Shown in pieces: positions 1 to 10,318 of a stretch of DNA of 59,856 bases. Source of the stretch: Desulfotomaculaceae bacterium (GTDB lineage: Bacteria > Bacillota > Desulfotomaculia > Desulfotomaculales > Pelotomaculaceae); the NCBI GenBank assembly GCA_028702435.1, contig JAQVOX010000001.1:1-59856 (forward strand), written 5' to 3'. Both the position numbers and the translations under genes were made by a program. The notes beneath the pieces were generated by a model. The model made no database searches and had not been told where the DNA came from. It saw only the letters and a list, made by a program, of their open reading frames with translations. Positions within the stretch are counted from its first letter, which is position 1. Every line of letters begins with the position of its first letter.

Positions 1-948
1 AGTTTGGTTTTCTCTTTAGTGCTAGCAGTTCTGCTTGCTTATTTGATCAACCCTCTGGTCAGCGCCATCGAAGCAAGGGGTACGCCAAGATATGGGGCGA
101 TCTTGCTGGTTTATCTAGCTTTGTTCTTTTTTTTTGCCGGTATTTTTTTGTATGGTGTGCCCCGGATCATTGGGCAGCTAAACAGCCTGGCTGAAACAAT
201 ACCCCGGTATTCCTTGCAGGCCCAGGAGATTGCTCAATCAATTCAGACACATTATATTGATCTCGGTATTCCGGATGGAATGAGGCAAGTTATCGATGAG
301 CGTATCTACTGGATGGAAGAGATCGTTTTACAACAACTTAATAAAACAATTGCGGCCTTAATCGGCGCCGCCGGGAGTATATTAAAAATTTTACTTGCGC
401 CGGTACTGGCCTTTTATTTTTTAAAAGATATACATTTAATAAAAAAGAAAAGTATATCAGTCCTACCGCAAGAATGGCGGGAAGATATTAGCAATCTCCT
501 TCATGAAATAGACAAGGTTTTAGGTAGTTTTATTAGGGGTTATTTTTTAGTGGCAGCGATTGTGGGAGCACTGACAGCTGTTAGCATGGCCCTGCTAGGT
601 ATGGAGTTTGCGCTGATGCTTGGTCTTATCGCCGGTATAACTGAAATAATTCCTTATTTCGGCCCGGTAATTGGGGCCGTGCCGGCTATTATACTGGCAT
701 TTTTGCACTCAGAGTGGCTTGCGCTAAAGGTAGCGCTTACTTTTTTAATTATTCATCAGCTGGAGGGAAATGTTATTTCCCCTAAAATACTGGGGGATAA
801 AGTGGGGTTGCACCCACTGCTGGTAATATTCAGCCTTTTTGCCGGGGGCGAACTTTACGGTCTGACGGGGATGCTGCTGAGTGTGCCTGTAGCGGCCGTA
901 ATAGGGGTGATCCTAATATATGTTTATAACCGGGTGATGATATCATAA
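1..948 (+). CDS. AI-2E family transporter (PerM/UPF0118-type permease), 5' end probably cut by window edge
   Basis: Multi-TM protein with the family-typical C-terminal half (IPYFGPVIGAVPA, HPLLVIFSLFAGGELYGLTGMLLSVP). The frame is open to base 1. Confidence 0.8.
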   Translation, partial: SLVFSLVLAVLLAYLINPLVSAIEARGTPRYGAILLVYLALFFFFAGIFLYGVPRIIGQLNSLAETIPRYSLQAQEIAQSIQTHYIDLGIPDGMRQVIDERIYWMEEIVLQQLNKTIAALIGAAGSILKILLAPVLAFYFLKDIHLIKKKSISVLPQEWREDISNLLHEIDKVLGSFIRGYFLVAAIVGALTAVSMALLGMEFALMLGLIAGITEIIPYFGPVIGAVPAIILAFLHSEWLALKVALTFLIIHQLEGNVISPKILGDKVGLHPLLVIFSLFAGGELYGLTGMLLSVPVAAVIGVILIYVYNRVMIS

Positions 949-969
949 TCCTATTATTTGTGTCTTTTC

Positions 970-999
970 TTGACACTTCATAGCAGCATTCTGTATAAT
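970..999 (+). promoter_or_regulatory. sigma-A type promoter upstream of alaS
   Basis: TTGACA (970-975), 18-nt spacer, TATAAT (994-999). Confidence 0.5.
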
Positions 1000-1065
1000 T
1001 AAAGCGAAAATATGGGTTTTTTTAGATCGATATTGATAGTGATAAATGGGAGGCTATTTAATTTG

Positions 1066-3705
1066 ATGACTGGTCATGAGATTAGAGAGATTTTCTTAAA
1101 ATTTTTTGAAAATAAAGGGCATACGATCTTACCCAGCGCCTCTCTCATACCTCTAAATGATCCGAGCATCCTTTGGACGGCTGCTGGAATGGTGCCTTTT
1201 AAGCCGTATTTTACCGGATCTTCCAAACCGGAGTTTTCCAGAGTGACAACCTGCCAGAAATGTATTCGCACTCCGGATATTGAATCAGTAGGTCGGACTG
1301 CTCGTCATCATACATTTTTTGAAATGTTGGGCAACTTTTCTTTTGGGGACTATTTTAAAGAGAGCGCTATACCTTGGGCTTGGGAATTTGTGACTGAACA
1401 ATTGCGCTTGCCGCCCGAACGGCTATGGATCACCGTTTATCAGGATGACGATGAAGCATTTGATATCTGGCACCGGGTAGTTGGTGTGCCGGCCGACCGT
1501 ATTGTGAGAATGGGTAAAGACACTAACTTTTGGGAAATTGGCGTTGGACCCTGCGGTCCATGTTCGGAGATCCATGTTGATCTTGGCGCTGAGCGTGGTT
1601 GCGGTGTACCGGGTTGTGCCGTAGGCTGCGAGTGCGACCGGTACTTGGAAATTTGGAATTTGGTTTTTATCCAGTACTTTAGAGATGAGGAAGGTAATTA
1701 TTCACCTCTGGCTAATAAGGGTATTGATACCGGGATGGGCCTGGAACGAGTAGCCTCGGTGCTCCAGAATGTACCGACGAATTTCGAAACCGATTTGCTC
1801 CGTGAAATCGTGGATTTCACCGCTGAGCTAATTGGTCTAAAATATGGTATTGAGAGCAAGGTTGATCTGGCTCTGAAGGTAATTGCGGACCATTGCCGGG
1901 CGATAACTTTTGCTGTTACCGACGGCGCCCTACCTTCAAATGAAGGTAGGGGATATGTAATCCGGCGCCTTCTGCGGCGGGCTGTCCGTTTAGGTAGGCT
2001 AATGGGAATGCAGGGACTTTTTATGAGTCAGGTGGCAGGCACTGTCATTAGCCAAATGGGCAAGGCTTACCCGGAGTTGGTGGAGCGGCAAGATCACGTT
2101 TTAAAGGTTATTCTGGCTGAGGAAGAGCGTTTCGGAGAAACCCTGGCCCAGGGTACGGAAATGTTAAACCAGATTATCGCCGGTCTAAAAGCGTCAGGTG
2201 GTTCAGTTATTCCGGGAGTAAGTGCATTTAAGCTTTACGATACCTACGGCTTCCCCTTGGAATTGACCCGGGAAATAGCTGCCGAGCAGGGACTAACGGT
2301 GGACTCGGAGGGATTTGGGGATGCTATGGAAGGCCAGCGGCAACTGGCCAGGAGCGCCAGGCGGGAGACTGAATATATCTCCGAGCGGGACGCTTTCTTT
2401 AAGGACTTGCGTGAGCGGGTTGGTTCCACCACTTTTGTAGGATATAATTCATTAGAGGCTGAGTCCAGCGTCCTGGGCATATTAAAAGGTGGGGAAAGAG
2501 TAAAGTCGGCGTCAGCCGGGCAGGAGATCGAATTTGTCCTTGATGTTACTCCCTGTTATGCAGAATCCGGCGGGCAGGTTGGCGATTTTGCCCGGGTTAC
2601 TGCCCCTGAACTGGATGTGGAAGTTTTTGAAGTGAGTAAACCGGTAGAAAATCTTTTTATCCACCGTGGTAAAGTAATCAATGGGGTGATCAAAGAACAG
2701 GACCTAATTCAGGTACAGGTGGATTCTGCCAGGCGTGCCGCTATTTGCCGCAACCATTCTACCACCCACCTGATACACAAGGCTTTAAGGGAAGTGCTGG
2801 GTGGGCACGTCAATCAGGCAGGTTCACTGGTAGAGCCGGAAAGACTACGCTTTGACTTTACTCATTATGGTGCTATGTCCCAGGATGAATTAAAGCGCGT
2901 AGAAAGTATTGTCAACCGTGCGGTGCTGGCTAACCTGCCTGTGGAGGTCTTTGAGACTTCGGTTGCAGAAGCGCGCGCGCTTGGAGCGGCCGCTCTTTTT
3001 GGTGAAAAATACGGGGAACGGGTCAGGGTGGTTAAAATGGGTGACTTTAGCTTAGAGCTGTGCGGTGGTACCCATCTTCGCTCTACCGCTGAGGCGGGTT
3101 TGTTTAAGATAGTAGGAGAAAGCAGTGTTGGGGCTGGGCTGCGCCGGATCGAAGCGGTAACCGGGGAAGGAGCTTTAACCTACATCGAGGAGCGGGAGAA
3201 ACAATTTGCTGAGATTGCCCGACTGCTCAAGGCGCCGCCGCATAAGACAGCGCACCGGGTGGAGGGATTGCTTCAAAATATTAAAGATCTTGAGGCCGAG
3301 AGCGAGATGCTCCAGGCCAGGCTGGCCAGATATCAGATGCAGGAATTGCTGGACCGGGTGCAAGAGATAAAAGGGGTAAAAGTGTTGGCCGGGCAGGTTG
3401 CTACCCCGGACATGGACAGCCTGCGCGGCATGGTTGACCTTTTGAGAGATAAAATTGGCACCGGTGTAATTGTATTAGGCAGCGAGTCCAATGGTAAGGT
3501 AAACTTGGTTGCTGCGGTTACCAAGAATTTGTTGGACAGAGGCCTGCACGCCGGTAAATTGATCAAGGAAGTGGCTGCCCTGGTTGGCGGTGGCGGTGGC
3601 GGCCGGCCCGAGCTAGCCCAGGCCGGCGGCAAGGATCCGTCCCGCTTGAATGAAGCATTAGGGACAGCCTATCAGGAGGCGGGAAGGCAAATTAAGGATT
3701 CATAA
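1066..3705 (+). CDS. alaS: alanine--tRNA ligase
   Basis: N-terminus MTGHEIREIFLKFFENKGH, editing-domain motifs HSTTHLIH and CGGTH, C-terminal DHHA1 tail GGGGGRPELAQAGG. I moved the start from 1012 to the ATG at 1066; TTG 1063 is also possible. Confidence 0.97.
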   Translation: MTGHEIREIFLKFFENKGHTILPSASLIPLNDPSILWTAAGMVPFKPYFTGSSKPEFSRVTTCQKCIRTPDIESVGRTARHHTFFEMLGNFSFGDYFKESAIPWAWEFVTEQLRLPPERLWITVYQDDDEAFDIWHRVVGVPADRIVRMGKDTNFWEIGVGPCGPCSEIHVDLGAERGCGVPGCAVGCECDRYLEIWNLVFIQYFRDEEGNYSPLANKGIDTGMGLERVASVLQNVPTNFETDLLREIVDFTAELIGLKYGIESKVDLALKVIADHCRAITFAVTDGALPSNEGRGYVIRRLLRRAVRLGRLMGMQGLFMSQVAGTVISQMGKAYPELVERQDHVLKVILAEEERFGETLAQGTEMLNQIIAGLKASGGSVIPGVSAFKLYDTYGFPLELTREIAAEQGLTVDSEGFGDAMEGQRQLARSARRETEYISERDAFFKDLRERVGSTTFVGYNSLEAESSVLGILKGGERVKSASAGQEIEFVLDVTPCYAESGGQVGDFARVTAPELDVEVFEVSKPVENLFIHRGKVINGVIKEQDLIQVQVDSARRAAICRNHSTTHLIHKALREVLGGHVNQAGSLVEPERLRFDFTHYGAMSQDELKRVESIVNRAVLANLPVEVFETSVAEARALGAAALFGEKYGERVRVVKMGDFSLELCGGTHLRSTAEAGLFKIVGESSVGAGLRRIEAVTGEGALTYIEEREKQFAEIARLLKAPPHKTAHRVEGLLQNIKDLEAESEMLQARLARYQMQELLDRVQEIKGVKVLAGQVATPDMDSLRGMVDLLRDKIGTGVIVLGSESNGKVNLVAAVTKNLLDRGLHAGKLIKEVAALVGGGGGGRPELAQAGGKDPSRLNEALGTAYQEAGRQIKDS

Positions 3706-3706
3706 T

Positions 3707-4180
3707 TTATCCTTTATGCGGTATGGTGATGATCATAGCAATTTCCTCACAATTAGGGAATTTAGGGCAGTTAACGCACTCCCGCCAAACTTTTTGGGGC
3801 AGCGTTTCCTTGTCTACTACATGGAAGCCGCATTTTTCAAAGAACTCCTGTTGGTAGGTGAGGACAAATACCCGGGGGATGGCCAGTTCACGCGCTTCAT
3901 CAATAAACATATCGATCAGTTTACGGCCAATACCCTGGCCGGTGTATTCCGCAGCGACAGCCAGGGCGCGGATCTCAGCCAGGTCTTCCCAGATAATATT
4001 TAATGCTCCGACGCCTATTACCAGACCCTTGTTTTCAGCAATAATGAATTCACGTAGGCCTTCATAAAGTTTAAACCGTGGCCGAGCCAGCATTAGACCC
4101 CGGTCGGCATAATAAGTAATTAAGGAATGAATAGTCTCTACATCAGTAATTTTAGCCTTGCGATATAGCATATACACCAA
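3707..4180 (-). CDS. GNAT family N-acetyltransferase
   Basis: Acetyl-CoA binding motif QGIGRKLI in a 157-aa GNAT-sized protein, with a C-terminal CVNCPKFPNC. Confidence 0.8.
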   Translation of the reverse strand: MVYMLYRKAKITDVETIHSLITYYADRGLMLARPRFKLYEGLREFIIAENKGLVIGVGALNIIWEDLAEIRALAVAAEYTGQGIGRKLIDMFIDEARELAIPRVFVLTYQQEFFEKCGFHVVDKETLPQKVWRECVNCPKFPNCEEIAMIITIPHKG

Positions 4181-4331
4181 GCACCTTTCCCTGGAATTAG
4201 TAAGTATTATATATTAGCCGGGCATCTCACTCAATACCTTTTTAGCAGGTGGGTATTAACAATAGAGGAAAAGAAAAACACTGGTCGAATACTTTTAGAG
4301 AACATTACAGGGAAAGGGGGGGGTTGGTGAA

Positions 4332-4592
4332 ATGTCCTGGGATAATTCGGAAGAGACCGTGATGTTTAAGATCCAGGGCGAAGACTATAACCAAGCCCGG
4401 GATATTCTCCTAAAAGTTTACGCTGCCTTAATAGAAAAGGGTTATAATCCTATTAACCAGCTTGTCGGTTACTTTTTGTCAGGGGATCCATCCTATATTA
4501 CCAGCCATGGTAATGCCCGTAGCCTGATCCGCCGCCTGGAGCGGGATGAATTGCTGGAGGAAATAGTTAAAAGCTACCTTGAGGAAAAATAG
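4332..4592 (+). CDS. IreB family regulatory phosphoprotein (UPF0297, YrzL-like)
   Basis: 86 aa with the motif [40 protein letters not shown], in the conserved position after alaS and before ruvX. Confidence 0.85.
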   Translation: MSWDNSEETVMFKIQGEDYNQARDILLKVYAALIEKGYNPINQLVGYFLSGDPSYITSHGNARSLIRRLERDELLEEIVKSYLEEK

Positions 4593-4645
4593 GTTTAGAA
4601 CCACATTTACTGGAGAAAGATATATTAGCAAAGGAATGCCTACTC

Positions 4646-5083
4646 ATGAGAATAATGGGCCTGGATTGGGGAGAGAAGAGGATCGGAGTTGCGGTAAGTG
4701 ACCCGATGGGCTGGACTGCCCAAGGTGTAGAAGTAATAAATAGTAAAGGCTCAACTAAAGCGGATATGAACATAATCAAGGAGTTTGCTCAGAAATATAA
4801 TGCCGAACTAGTAGTCATCGGATTGCCTAGAAATATGGATGGAAGTTTTGGCCCGCAAGCAGAAAAAATTAAAGCTTTGGCCAAACTATTATCTAGTAAA
4901 ATTGCACTTCCTGTCGAGTTGTGGGATGAACGCTTAACGACTATAGCAGCGGAAAAACTCTTAATCCAAGCTGACATGAGCCGGGCGAAGCGCCGGCGGG
5001 TGATTGATAAAATGGCTGCTGTATTAATCCTGCAGGGATATCTGGACTACCTTAGCAGAAAAAAGGACTTACAGGATGATTAA
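4646..5083 (+). CDS. ruvX: Holliday junction resolvase-like protein RuvX (YqgF)
   Basis: MRIMGLDWGEKRIGVAVSD N-terminus, ~145 aa, synteny. Confidence 0.9.
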   Translation: MRIMGLDWGEKRIGVAVSDPMGWTAQGVEVINSKGSTKADMNIIKEFAQKYNAELVVIGLPRNMDGSFGPQAEKIKALAKLLSSKIALPVELWDERLTTIAAEKLLIQADMSRAKRRRVIDKMAAVLILQGYLDYLSRKKDLQDD

Positions 5084-5167
5084 TTGGCAAATTTAGCAGG
5101 ATTTGTTGACAGACAACAATTTTAAGTATAATATTGATATTAAATTTGTATTAGAGAGGTGAGTACT

Positions 5168-5431
5168 GTGGCTGAACAGGAAGAGGTAATAACCTTAATT
5201 GACGAAGAGGGAGCGGAACTTGACTTTACAGTCATTGATATTATAGAAGTGTCTGGTTCCGAATACGCAATCCTATTGCCTGTGGAAGAAGAAAACGATG
5301 AAGCTATTATATTAAAAATTGCCAGCGATGATCAGGGAAATGAATTACTAGTTGACATTGAAGAGGACGATGAATGGGAAAAAGTGGCGGACGCCTGGGA
5401 AGAAAGGATGGCTGAGGAGGAAAAAAATTAA
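5168..5431 (+). CDS. DUF1292 domain protein (UPF0473, YrzB-like)
   Basis: Acidic small protein with ITLIDEEGAELDFTVIDIIEVSGSEYAILLP. GTG 5168 has better RBS spacing (GAGAGGTG) than GTG 5159. Confidence 0.8.
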   Translation: MAEQEEVITLIDEEGAELDFTVIDIIEVSGSEYAILLPVEEENDEAIILKIASDDQGNELLVDIEEDDEWEKVADAWEERMAEEEKN

Positions 5432-5437
5432 ATTGGG

Positions 5438-5472
5438 GCTGGTTGCGAGTTGTTTCCACAAGCGGCTTTTTT
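5438..5472 (+). terminator. possible intrinsic terminator after the DUF1292 gene
   Basis: Imperfect hairpin GCTGGTTG...CAAGCGGC followed by TTTTTTG. Confidence 0.4.
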
Positions 5473-5610
5473 GTTAACCGATCCAGTTTGAAAATGTTTT
5501 TAGCACAGAGATAGTATACTATAATTTTAATATATATAATTAAGGGGTCCTTGGAAAGTACCGAAGCGATGATTTAGTAGCGTGTAAATTTAGAAGAAGA
5601 ACGGTGTTGG

Positions 5611-7110
5611 TTGTCTTTGAAAAACAACCGTAACAAAATAATTTATTGTTTTTTAATTGTAGTCCTGATCATTACCCCGCTGGCTTTTTTAAGTTCGGGG
5701 TTTTTTAATTCCCCCTCGGAGAAAGTGTTGCCTGGTGTAAAAGTAATGGGGATTAGCCTCGCAGAGCTGACTCGGTCTGAGGGAATAAATAAACTGGCTG
5801 AATTGGAAAAGAACCTCCGTTCATCTAGAGTAATGCTCCATTATCAGAACGAGAATTGGCCGCTACTGCTAAGTGAAGTGGGACTGGATCTTGATGAGGA
5901 GTCAATCATGGATGCAGCCTTGAGCGCCGGGCGAAGTGGCTCATTGTTCCAACAGTGGCAGGATCGGAAACGCTTTAAACAAAGCGGTAGCTCTATTATA
6001 CCGGTTATAGGGTTCGATGAAGAAAAACTAGAACAACGGGTTAAAGAGCTAACCAAGGGGGTTACAGTTGAGCCCATAAATGCTAATTTTAGTATTAGCG
6101 GTAACGATAACGTCACTGTAGTGCCCGCTAAGGACGGTACCGGTGTAGATCAGGAAAAACTAAAGAACGACATTGCTACAGTACTAATTGAAAATAAGAA
6201 ATTAGAAGTGGAGCTTGCTTTGGTGGCCATATCACCGGCCCGCTCAACCAGTATGGTTGAATCGATGGGGGTAAATGGGCTGTTGGCCGCATATTCGACT
6301 AGATTCGATCCTAATAAAGTAAGCCGCACCTACAATATCCGTGTGGCGGCAAAGGCTTTTGATGAACAGATCATCCTTCCCGGACACGAGGTTGCCTTTA
6401 ATACAGTAGTTGGGCCGCGCAGCTCGGAAGCAGGCTATAAAAATGCTCCGGTAATTGTCAATAACGAGATTGTTGATGGTCTGGGAGGCGGTGTTTGCCA
6501 GGTATCGACTACACTTTATAACTGTGTCTTATTGGCCGGCCTAGAGATTGTAGAACGTTATAACCACTCCCTGCCGGTCGGCTATATCCCCATTGGCCGT
6601 GATGCTACCGTGGTATACGATAATCTGGACTTCAAGTTTCGCAATAGCACTGATAACTGTATTTTTATCAAGTCTTTTGTTACCGGTGGAACTATTGGTT
6701 TTAAGTTTTACGGTAATACTGCCCATAAGCGGGATGTTAAGGTAAACACCTGGGTTACCCAGGAAATTGAGCCTGAAGTAGTTTACGAAAATGATCCCAA
6801 CCTGCCAATGGATGAGCAGGTGGTGAAGCAAGGGGGCGCCAAAGGGTTTAGAGTATCAGCAGAGCGCATTATCAGTCGGAACGGGGTAGAAGAAAAAAGG
6901 GAGCGACTGCCTTCCAGTGAATATAGACCGGTGACAAAGGTAATTGCAGTAGGAACATTGGAGCAGGACTTACCGCAAATTTCTCCTTCTACGCTTCCAC
7001 CGCCGGAAGACTGGTCTAACGTTTCTACTACGGGTAACAAACTGCCTATTGGTGAACAGGAAAGCGGGAATATTGGCAGCCAACCAGCTGGTGACAACAA
7101 CGGCAGGTAG
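5611..7110 (+). CDS. VanW family protein with C-terminal G5-like domain
   Basis: N-terminal TM segment, VanW core GGGVCQVSTTLYN, G5-like segment VVKQGGAKGFRVSAERII...VTKVIAVGT. Confidence 0.85.
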   Translation: MSLKNNRNKIIYCFLIVVLIITPLAFLSSGFFNSPSEKVLPGVKVMGISLAELTRSEGINKLAELEKNLRSSRVMLHYQNENWPLLLSEVGLDLDEESIMDAALSAGRSGSLFQQWQDRKRFKQSGSSIIPVIGFDEEKLEQRVKELTKGVTVEPINANFSISGNDNVTVVPAKDGTGVDQEKLKNDIATVLIENKKLEVELALVAISPARSTSMVESMGVNGLLAAYSTRFDPNKVSRTYNIRVAAKAFDEQIILPGHEVAFNTVVGPRSSEAGYKNAPVIVNNEIVDGLGGGVCQVSTTLYNCVLLAGLEIVERYNHSLPVGYIPIGRDATVVYDNLDFKFRNSTDNCIFIKSFVTGGTIGFKFYGNTAHKRDVKVNTWVTQEIEPEVVYENDPNLPMDEQVVKQGGAKGFRVSAERIISRNGVEEKRERLPSSEYRPVTKVIAVGTLEQDLPQISPSTLPPPEDWSNVSTTGNKLPIGEQESGNIGSQPAGDNNGR

Positions 7111-7276
7111 GCCGGCAGTACGGAAAGTGGCGACCTTAGCTCGGTCAGGGGCTATATTCAGGGAAAGACCGCTGAATATTTCGGGTGGAGGGGTTATGGA
7201 ATCAGAAATACTTGTGGGAAGATAACTGAAGTCTCTTATAAATGATTACAATATAAGATAAAAGGTACTATTTGCT

Positions 7277-8320
7277 ATGGACAGGTATAAAAAAAATATT
7301 AATGCAAGCAGACCGCCGGTAAAGTATCGGTACTACTTTATGGTTCCGGCTGGTTTTTTTTGTCTAGCTGTGATTATTTTACTAGGTTTACTGCTGCCTG
7401 TTGCGCCTAAGGGACAGGCTATTGAAGTGGTGGTTACAGTTCTCCCTCAGAGCCCGGCCGGGCAGGTTGGGGCGCTGCTGCAACAGAAAAAGCTAGTGCG
7501 CAGTGCCTTTGTATTCAGCCTATACGCCAGGTACAAAGGCATGGACGGGCTGATCAAAGCGGGCGAATATAGTCTCAGTAATGGACTTTCAACACCGGAG
7601 GTCCTTTCTGAACTGGTTAACGGCCGCCTGGCAGTCCAATCTTTTACCGTCCCGGAAGGTTTTACAACTGCCCAAATTGCTGACTTGCTTGTGAGTAAAG
7701 GGTTGGTTAACCGCGAACGTTTTTATTGGGCGGTGGCAAACGAAAGTTATAGCTACTCGTTTATCAAGGGGATATCCAATACCGAAAAGCGTCTTGAGGG
7801 GTATCTTTTTCCGGATACTTACCAGGTCTTCAGAGGTTGTAGCGAGAGTTCGATCATTGAGATGATGTTGCAACGTTTTGAAAAGGAAATAGATGAATTA
7901 GATTATCTAGCGCAGGTGCAAAAAGCAGGATTGACCCTGCACCAGGCGGTAACCATCGCGTCGCTATTGGAGCGGGAAGCTGTATTTGACGCGGAAAAGT
8001 CTTTCATTGCCGGGGTCATATTAAACCGCATGGCGAGGTCCATGCCACTCCAGGTGGACGCAACGGTGCAATATGCGCTGGGAACGCATCAGCCGAAGGT
8101 TTATTACAAAGACCTGCAAGTAGAGTCACCTTACAACACCTACCGAACGTGCGGTCTGCCGCCCGGGCCGATAGCCATGCCGGGCAGGGCTTCATTGCTT
8201 GCTGCAGTTAAGCCGGCAACAACCAGTTACCTTTATTACGTTGCCCGTCCTGATGGCTCTCATGCTTTTGCCAACACGCTAGATGAACATAATTCACACA
8301 TAGAGAGGTATTTACAGTGA
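7277..8320 (+). CDS. mltG: endolytic murein transglycosylase MltG (YceG-like)
   Basis: N-terminal TM segment, EGYLFPDTY and ASLLEREA motifs, LQVDATVQYA. Confidence 0.92.
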   Translation: MDRYKKNINASRPPVKYRYYFMVPAGFFCLAVIILLGLLLPVAPKGQAIEVVVTVLPQSPAGQVGALLQQKKLVRSAFVFSLYARYKGMDGLIKAGEYSLSNGLSTPEVLSELVNGRLAVQSFTVPEGFTTAQIADLLVSKGLVNRERFYWAVANESYSYSFIKGISNTEKRLEGYLFPDTYQVFRGCSESSIIEMMLQRFEKEIDELDYLAQVQKAGLTLHQAVTIASLLEREAVFDAEKSFIAGVILNRMARSMPLQVDATVQYALGTHQPKVYYKDLQVESPYNTYRTCGLPPGPIAMPGRASLLAAVKPATTSYLYYVARPDGSHAFANTLDEHNSHIERYLQ

Positions 8321-9534
8321 AACGACCGGAATTGCTTGCCCCTGCCGGGGACTTAGAGAAATTAAAGATTGCCGTGCTTTACGGCGCGGATGCAGTATAT
8401 ATCGGCGGCCGGCATTTTAGCCTGCGGGCCGGGGCAGGTAACTTCAGTGAGGCAGAAATAGCCGAAGGGTTAAGGTTTGCCCACACAAAAGGCGTTCGGG
8501 TGTACGTTGCGGTAAACATTTTTGCCCATAATCAAGACCTGGGTTTGTTGCCGGATTATCTTGATTTAATGCAAAGATTAGGGGTAGACGGGGTAATCGT
8601 ATCCGATCCGGGGGTAATTAGCTTGCTCAGAAAGCGTCACCCGGACCTACCTGTACACCTGAGCACACAAGCGAATACAACCAACTGGGCGGCAGCGCGC
8701 TTCTGGGAAGAACAGGGGATATCCAGGATTATTCTGTCCCGCGAGCTTTCTTTAGCTGAAATAAAAGAGATCCGCCCGCGGGTAGGAGTTGAGTTGGAAA
8801 TGTTTGTACATGGCGCCATGTGTATAGCTTATTCCGGCCGCTGTCTTTTAAGCAGCTACTTGACCGGAAGAGGCGCAAATAAGGGCGACTGCGCCCAGTC
8901 CTGCCGCTGGAAATACGCTCTCGTTGAGGAGAATAGGCCGGGAGAGTATCTTCCTTTTGCAGAAGATGAAAGAGGATCTTATATCTTGAGCTCACGGGAT
9001 CTTTGTCTGATTGAGCAACTTCCGGAACTTATTGGGGCAGGGGTCAATAGTTTTAAAATTGAAGGCAGGATGAAGAGCATTCATTACGTGGCCGGGGTGG
9101 TAAAAGCTTACCGGGAGGCGCTAGACGCTTATTGGGCCGGCGGAGCACTAAGCTTTGACCCGGTATGGCTGGAGGAGATTGGTAAAGTAAGCCACCGGGA
9201 ATATACTACCGGTTTTCTTTTCGGCAGACCTGGTGCAGCGGGCCAGCACTGCCATAGCAAAATATACCGGCGCCGCTACTCTTTTATCGGGTTGGTCCGG
9301 GGCTACGATGCGCAGACCGGTTTGGCCACCATTGAACAACGCAACCGCTTTGCCGTTGGCGACGAGGTAGAGATACTTATGCCAACGGGCCGGCCGGTAC
9401 AGCACCGGATCAAGGCTATTTATGATGAAGAAGGCAATGTTCTGGAAATTGCTCCACACCCGCAGCAAATCGTAAAAATACCTGTTGATCGTGAGTTAGC
9501 GGTTTATTCAATGCTGAGAAAGCCGCTAGAGTAA
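8317..9534 (+). CDS. peptidase U32 family protein (YrrN/YrrO-like)
   Basis: MKRPELLAPAG start, U32 signature E..VHGAMCIAYSGRCLLS, 4-nt GTGA overlap with the mltG stop. Confidence 0.9.
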   Translation: MKRPELLAPAGDLEKLKIAVLYGADAVYIGGRHFSLRAGAGNFSEAEIAEGLRFAHTKGVRVYVAVNIFAHNQDLGLLPDYLDLMQRLGVDGVIVSDPGVISLLRKRHPDLPVHLSTQANTTNWAAARFWEEQGISRIILSRELSLAEIKEIRPRVGVELEMFVHGAMCIAYSGRCLLSSYLTGRGANKGDCAQSCRWKYALVEENRPGEYLPFAEDERGSYILSSRDLCLIEQLPELIGAGVNSFKIEGRMKSIHYVAGVVKAYREALDAYWAGGALSFDPVWLEEIGKVSHREYTTGFLFGRPGAAGQHCHSKIYRRRYSFIGLVRGYDAQTGLATIEQRNRFAVGDEVEILMPTGRPVQHRIKAIYDEEGNVLEIAPHPQQIVKIPVDRELAVYSMLRKPLE

Positions 9535-9555
9535 CCCCTGTGCAAAAACCGATGA

Positions 9556-9969
9556 TTAATCAGTGGTTCCAGAATTACTCTGATAATATTTGCAATTGTT
9601 GCAAAGGTCTGCCTGATCTTGAATCACGATGCAATATGATTCATCTTCCTTCCAGCAAGGTTTGGACTTGTTTACTGCCTCACCTTTATTTCTAATTTTG
9701 CTATCCTGGCAACTTATGGTTTTCCAGCAAGAGTACATAGCAATAACTTGTTGCACCCCCGCAATATTTAATCCTTTTATATTAATTAGGTTGTGAATAA
9801 ATTTTAAGCGTTTCAGGTCATTGTTAGAATATAACCTCTGCTTATTTTTTCTGGCCGGATGGATCAGGTTGTTTTTTTCCCATATGCGAAGTGTTTCAGG
9901 GTGAACTTCAAGAAATTGTGCAACTATGCCAATGTTTAACATCGGTTTATCGTCATCCCAGGCGGGCAT
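9556..9969 (-). CDS. MerR family transcriptional regulator with Cys-rich C-terminal domain
   Basis: HTH IGIVAQFLEVHPETLRIWEKNNLIHPARKNKQRLYSNNDLKRLKFI, then six Cys in the last ~60 aa (CWKTISC, PCW, YC, CNNC). RBS AAGGGAG. Confidence 0.75.
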   Translation of the reverse strand: MPAWDDDKPMLNIGIVAQFLEVHPETLRIWEKNNLIHPARKNKQRLYSNNDLKRLKFIHNLINIKGLNIAGVQQVIAMYSCWKTISCQDSKIRNKGEAVNKSKPCWKEDESYCIVIQDQADLCNNCKYYQSNSGTTD

Positions 9970-10004
9970 TTAATCGCTCCCTTAGAAATAAAATTTATAA
10001 GTTT

Positions 10005-10033
10005 ATTATATACTTACTAATATTATTTGTAAA
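10005..10033 (-). promoter_or_regulatory. sigma-A type promoter for the MerR-like gene
   Basis: On the minus strand: TTTACA (10033-10028), 17-nt spacer, TATAAT (10010-10005). Confidence 0.5.
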
Positions 10034-10318
10034 TAACCCGAATAACTATTGAAACCGTTTGTAAGGTTTTTAATAGTAAAAGACTAGGGTAATGTTTCAA
10101 TATACCATTACAACAATATTGGTTCTCCTTTTTATAAATAATTTATAAAATTAAGCTATGTTTATTGAAAATTATTAATGAATAAAGATAATATAAAATT
10201 TAGATAATAATTATAGACACTATTTTAGTTGGATTGCCGGTAGCAAGTGGAATTAGTGGTTTATTACTAACCGGGAAATCCCGGCTTGTTTATTTTTAGC
10301 TTTAGGAGAGGATAAAAG

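Noticed and set aside
949-1065. Possible T-box leader for alaS; proS at 55978-55999 was also checked.
   Set aside because: The spacers are only ~117 nt and 22 nt, which is too short for a T-box (~200+ nt). I saw no specifier-loop or T-box sequence.
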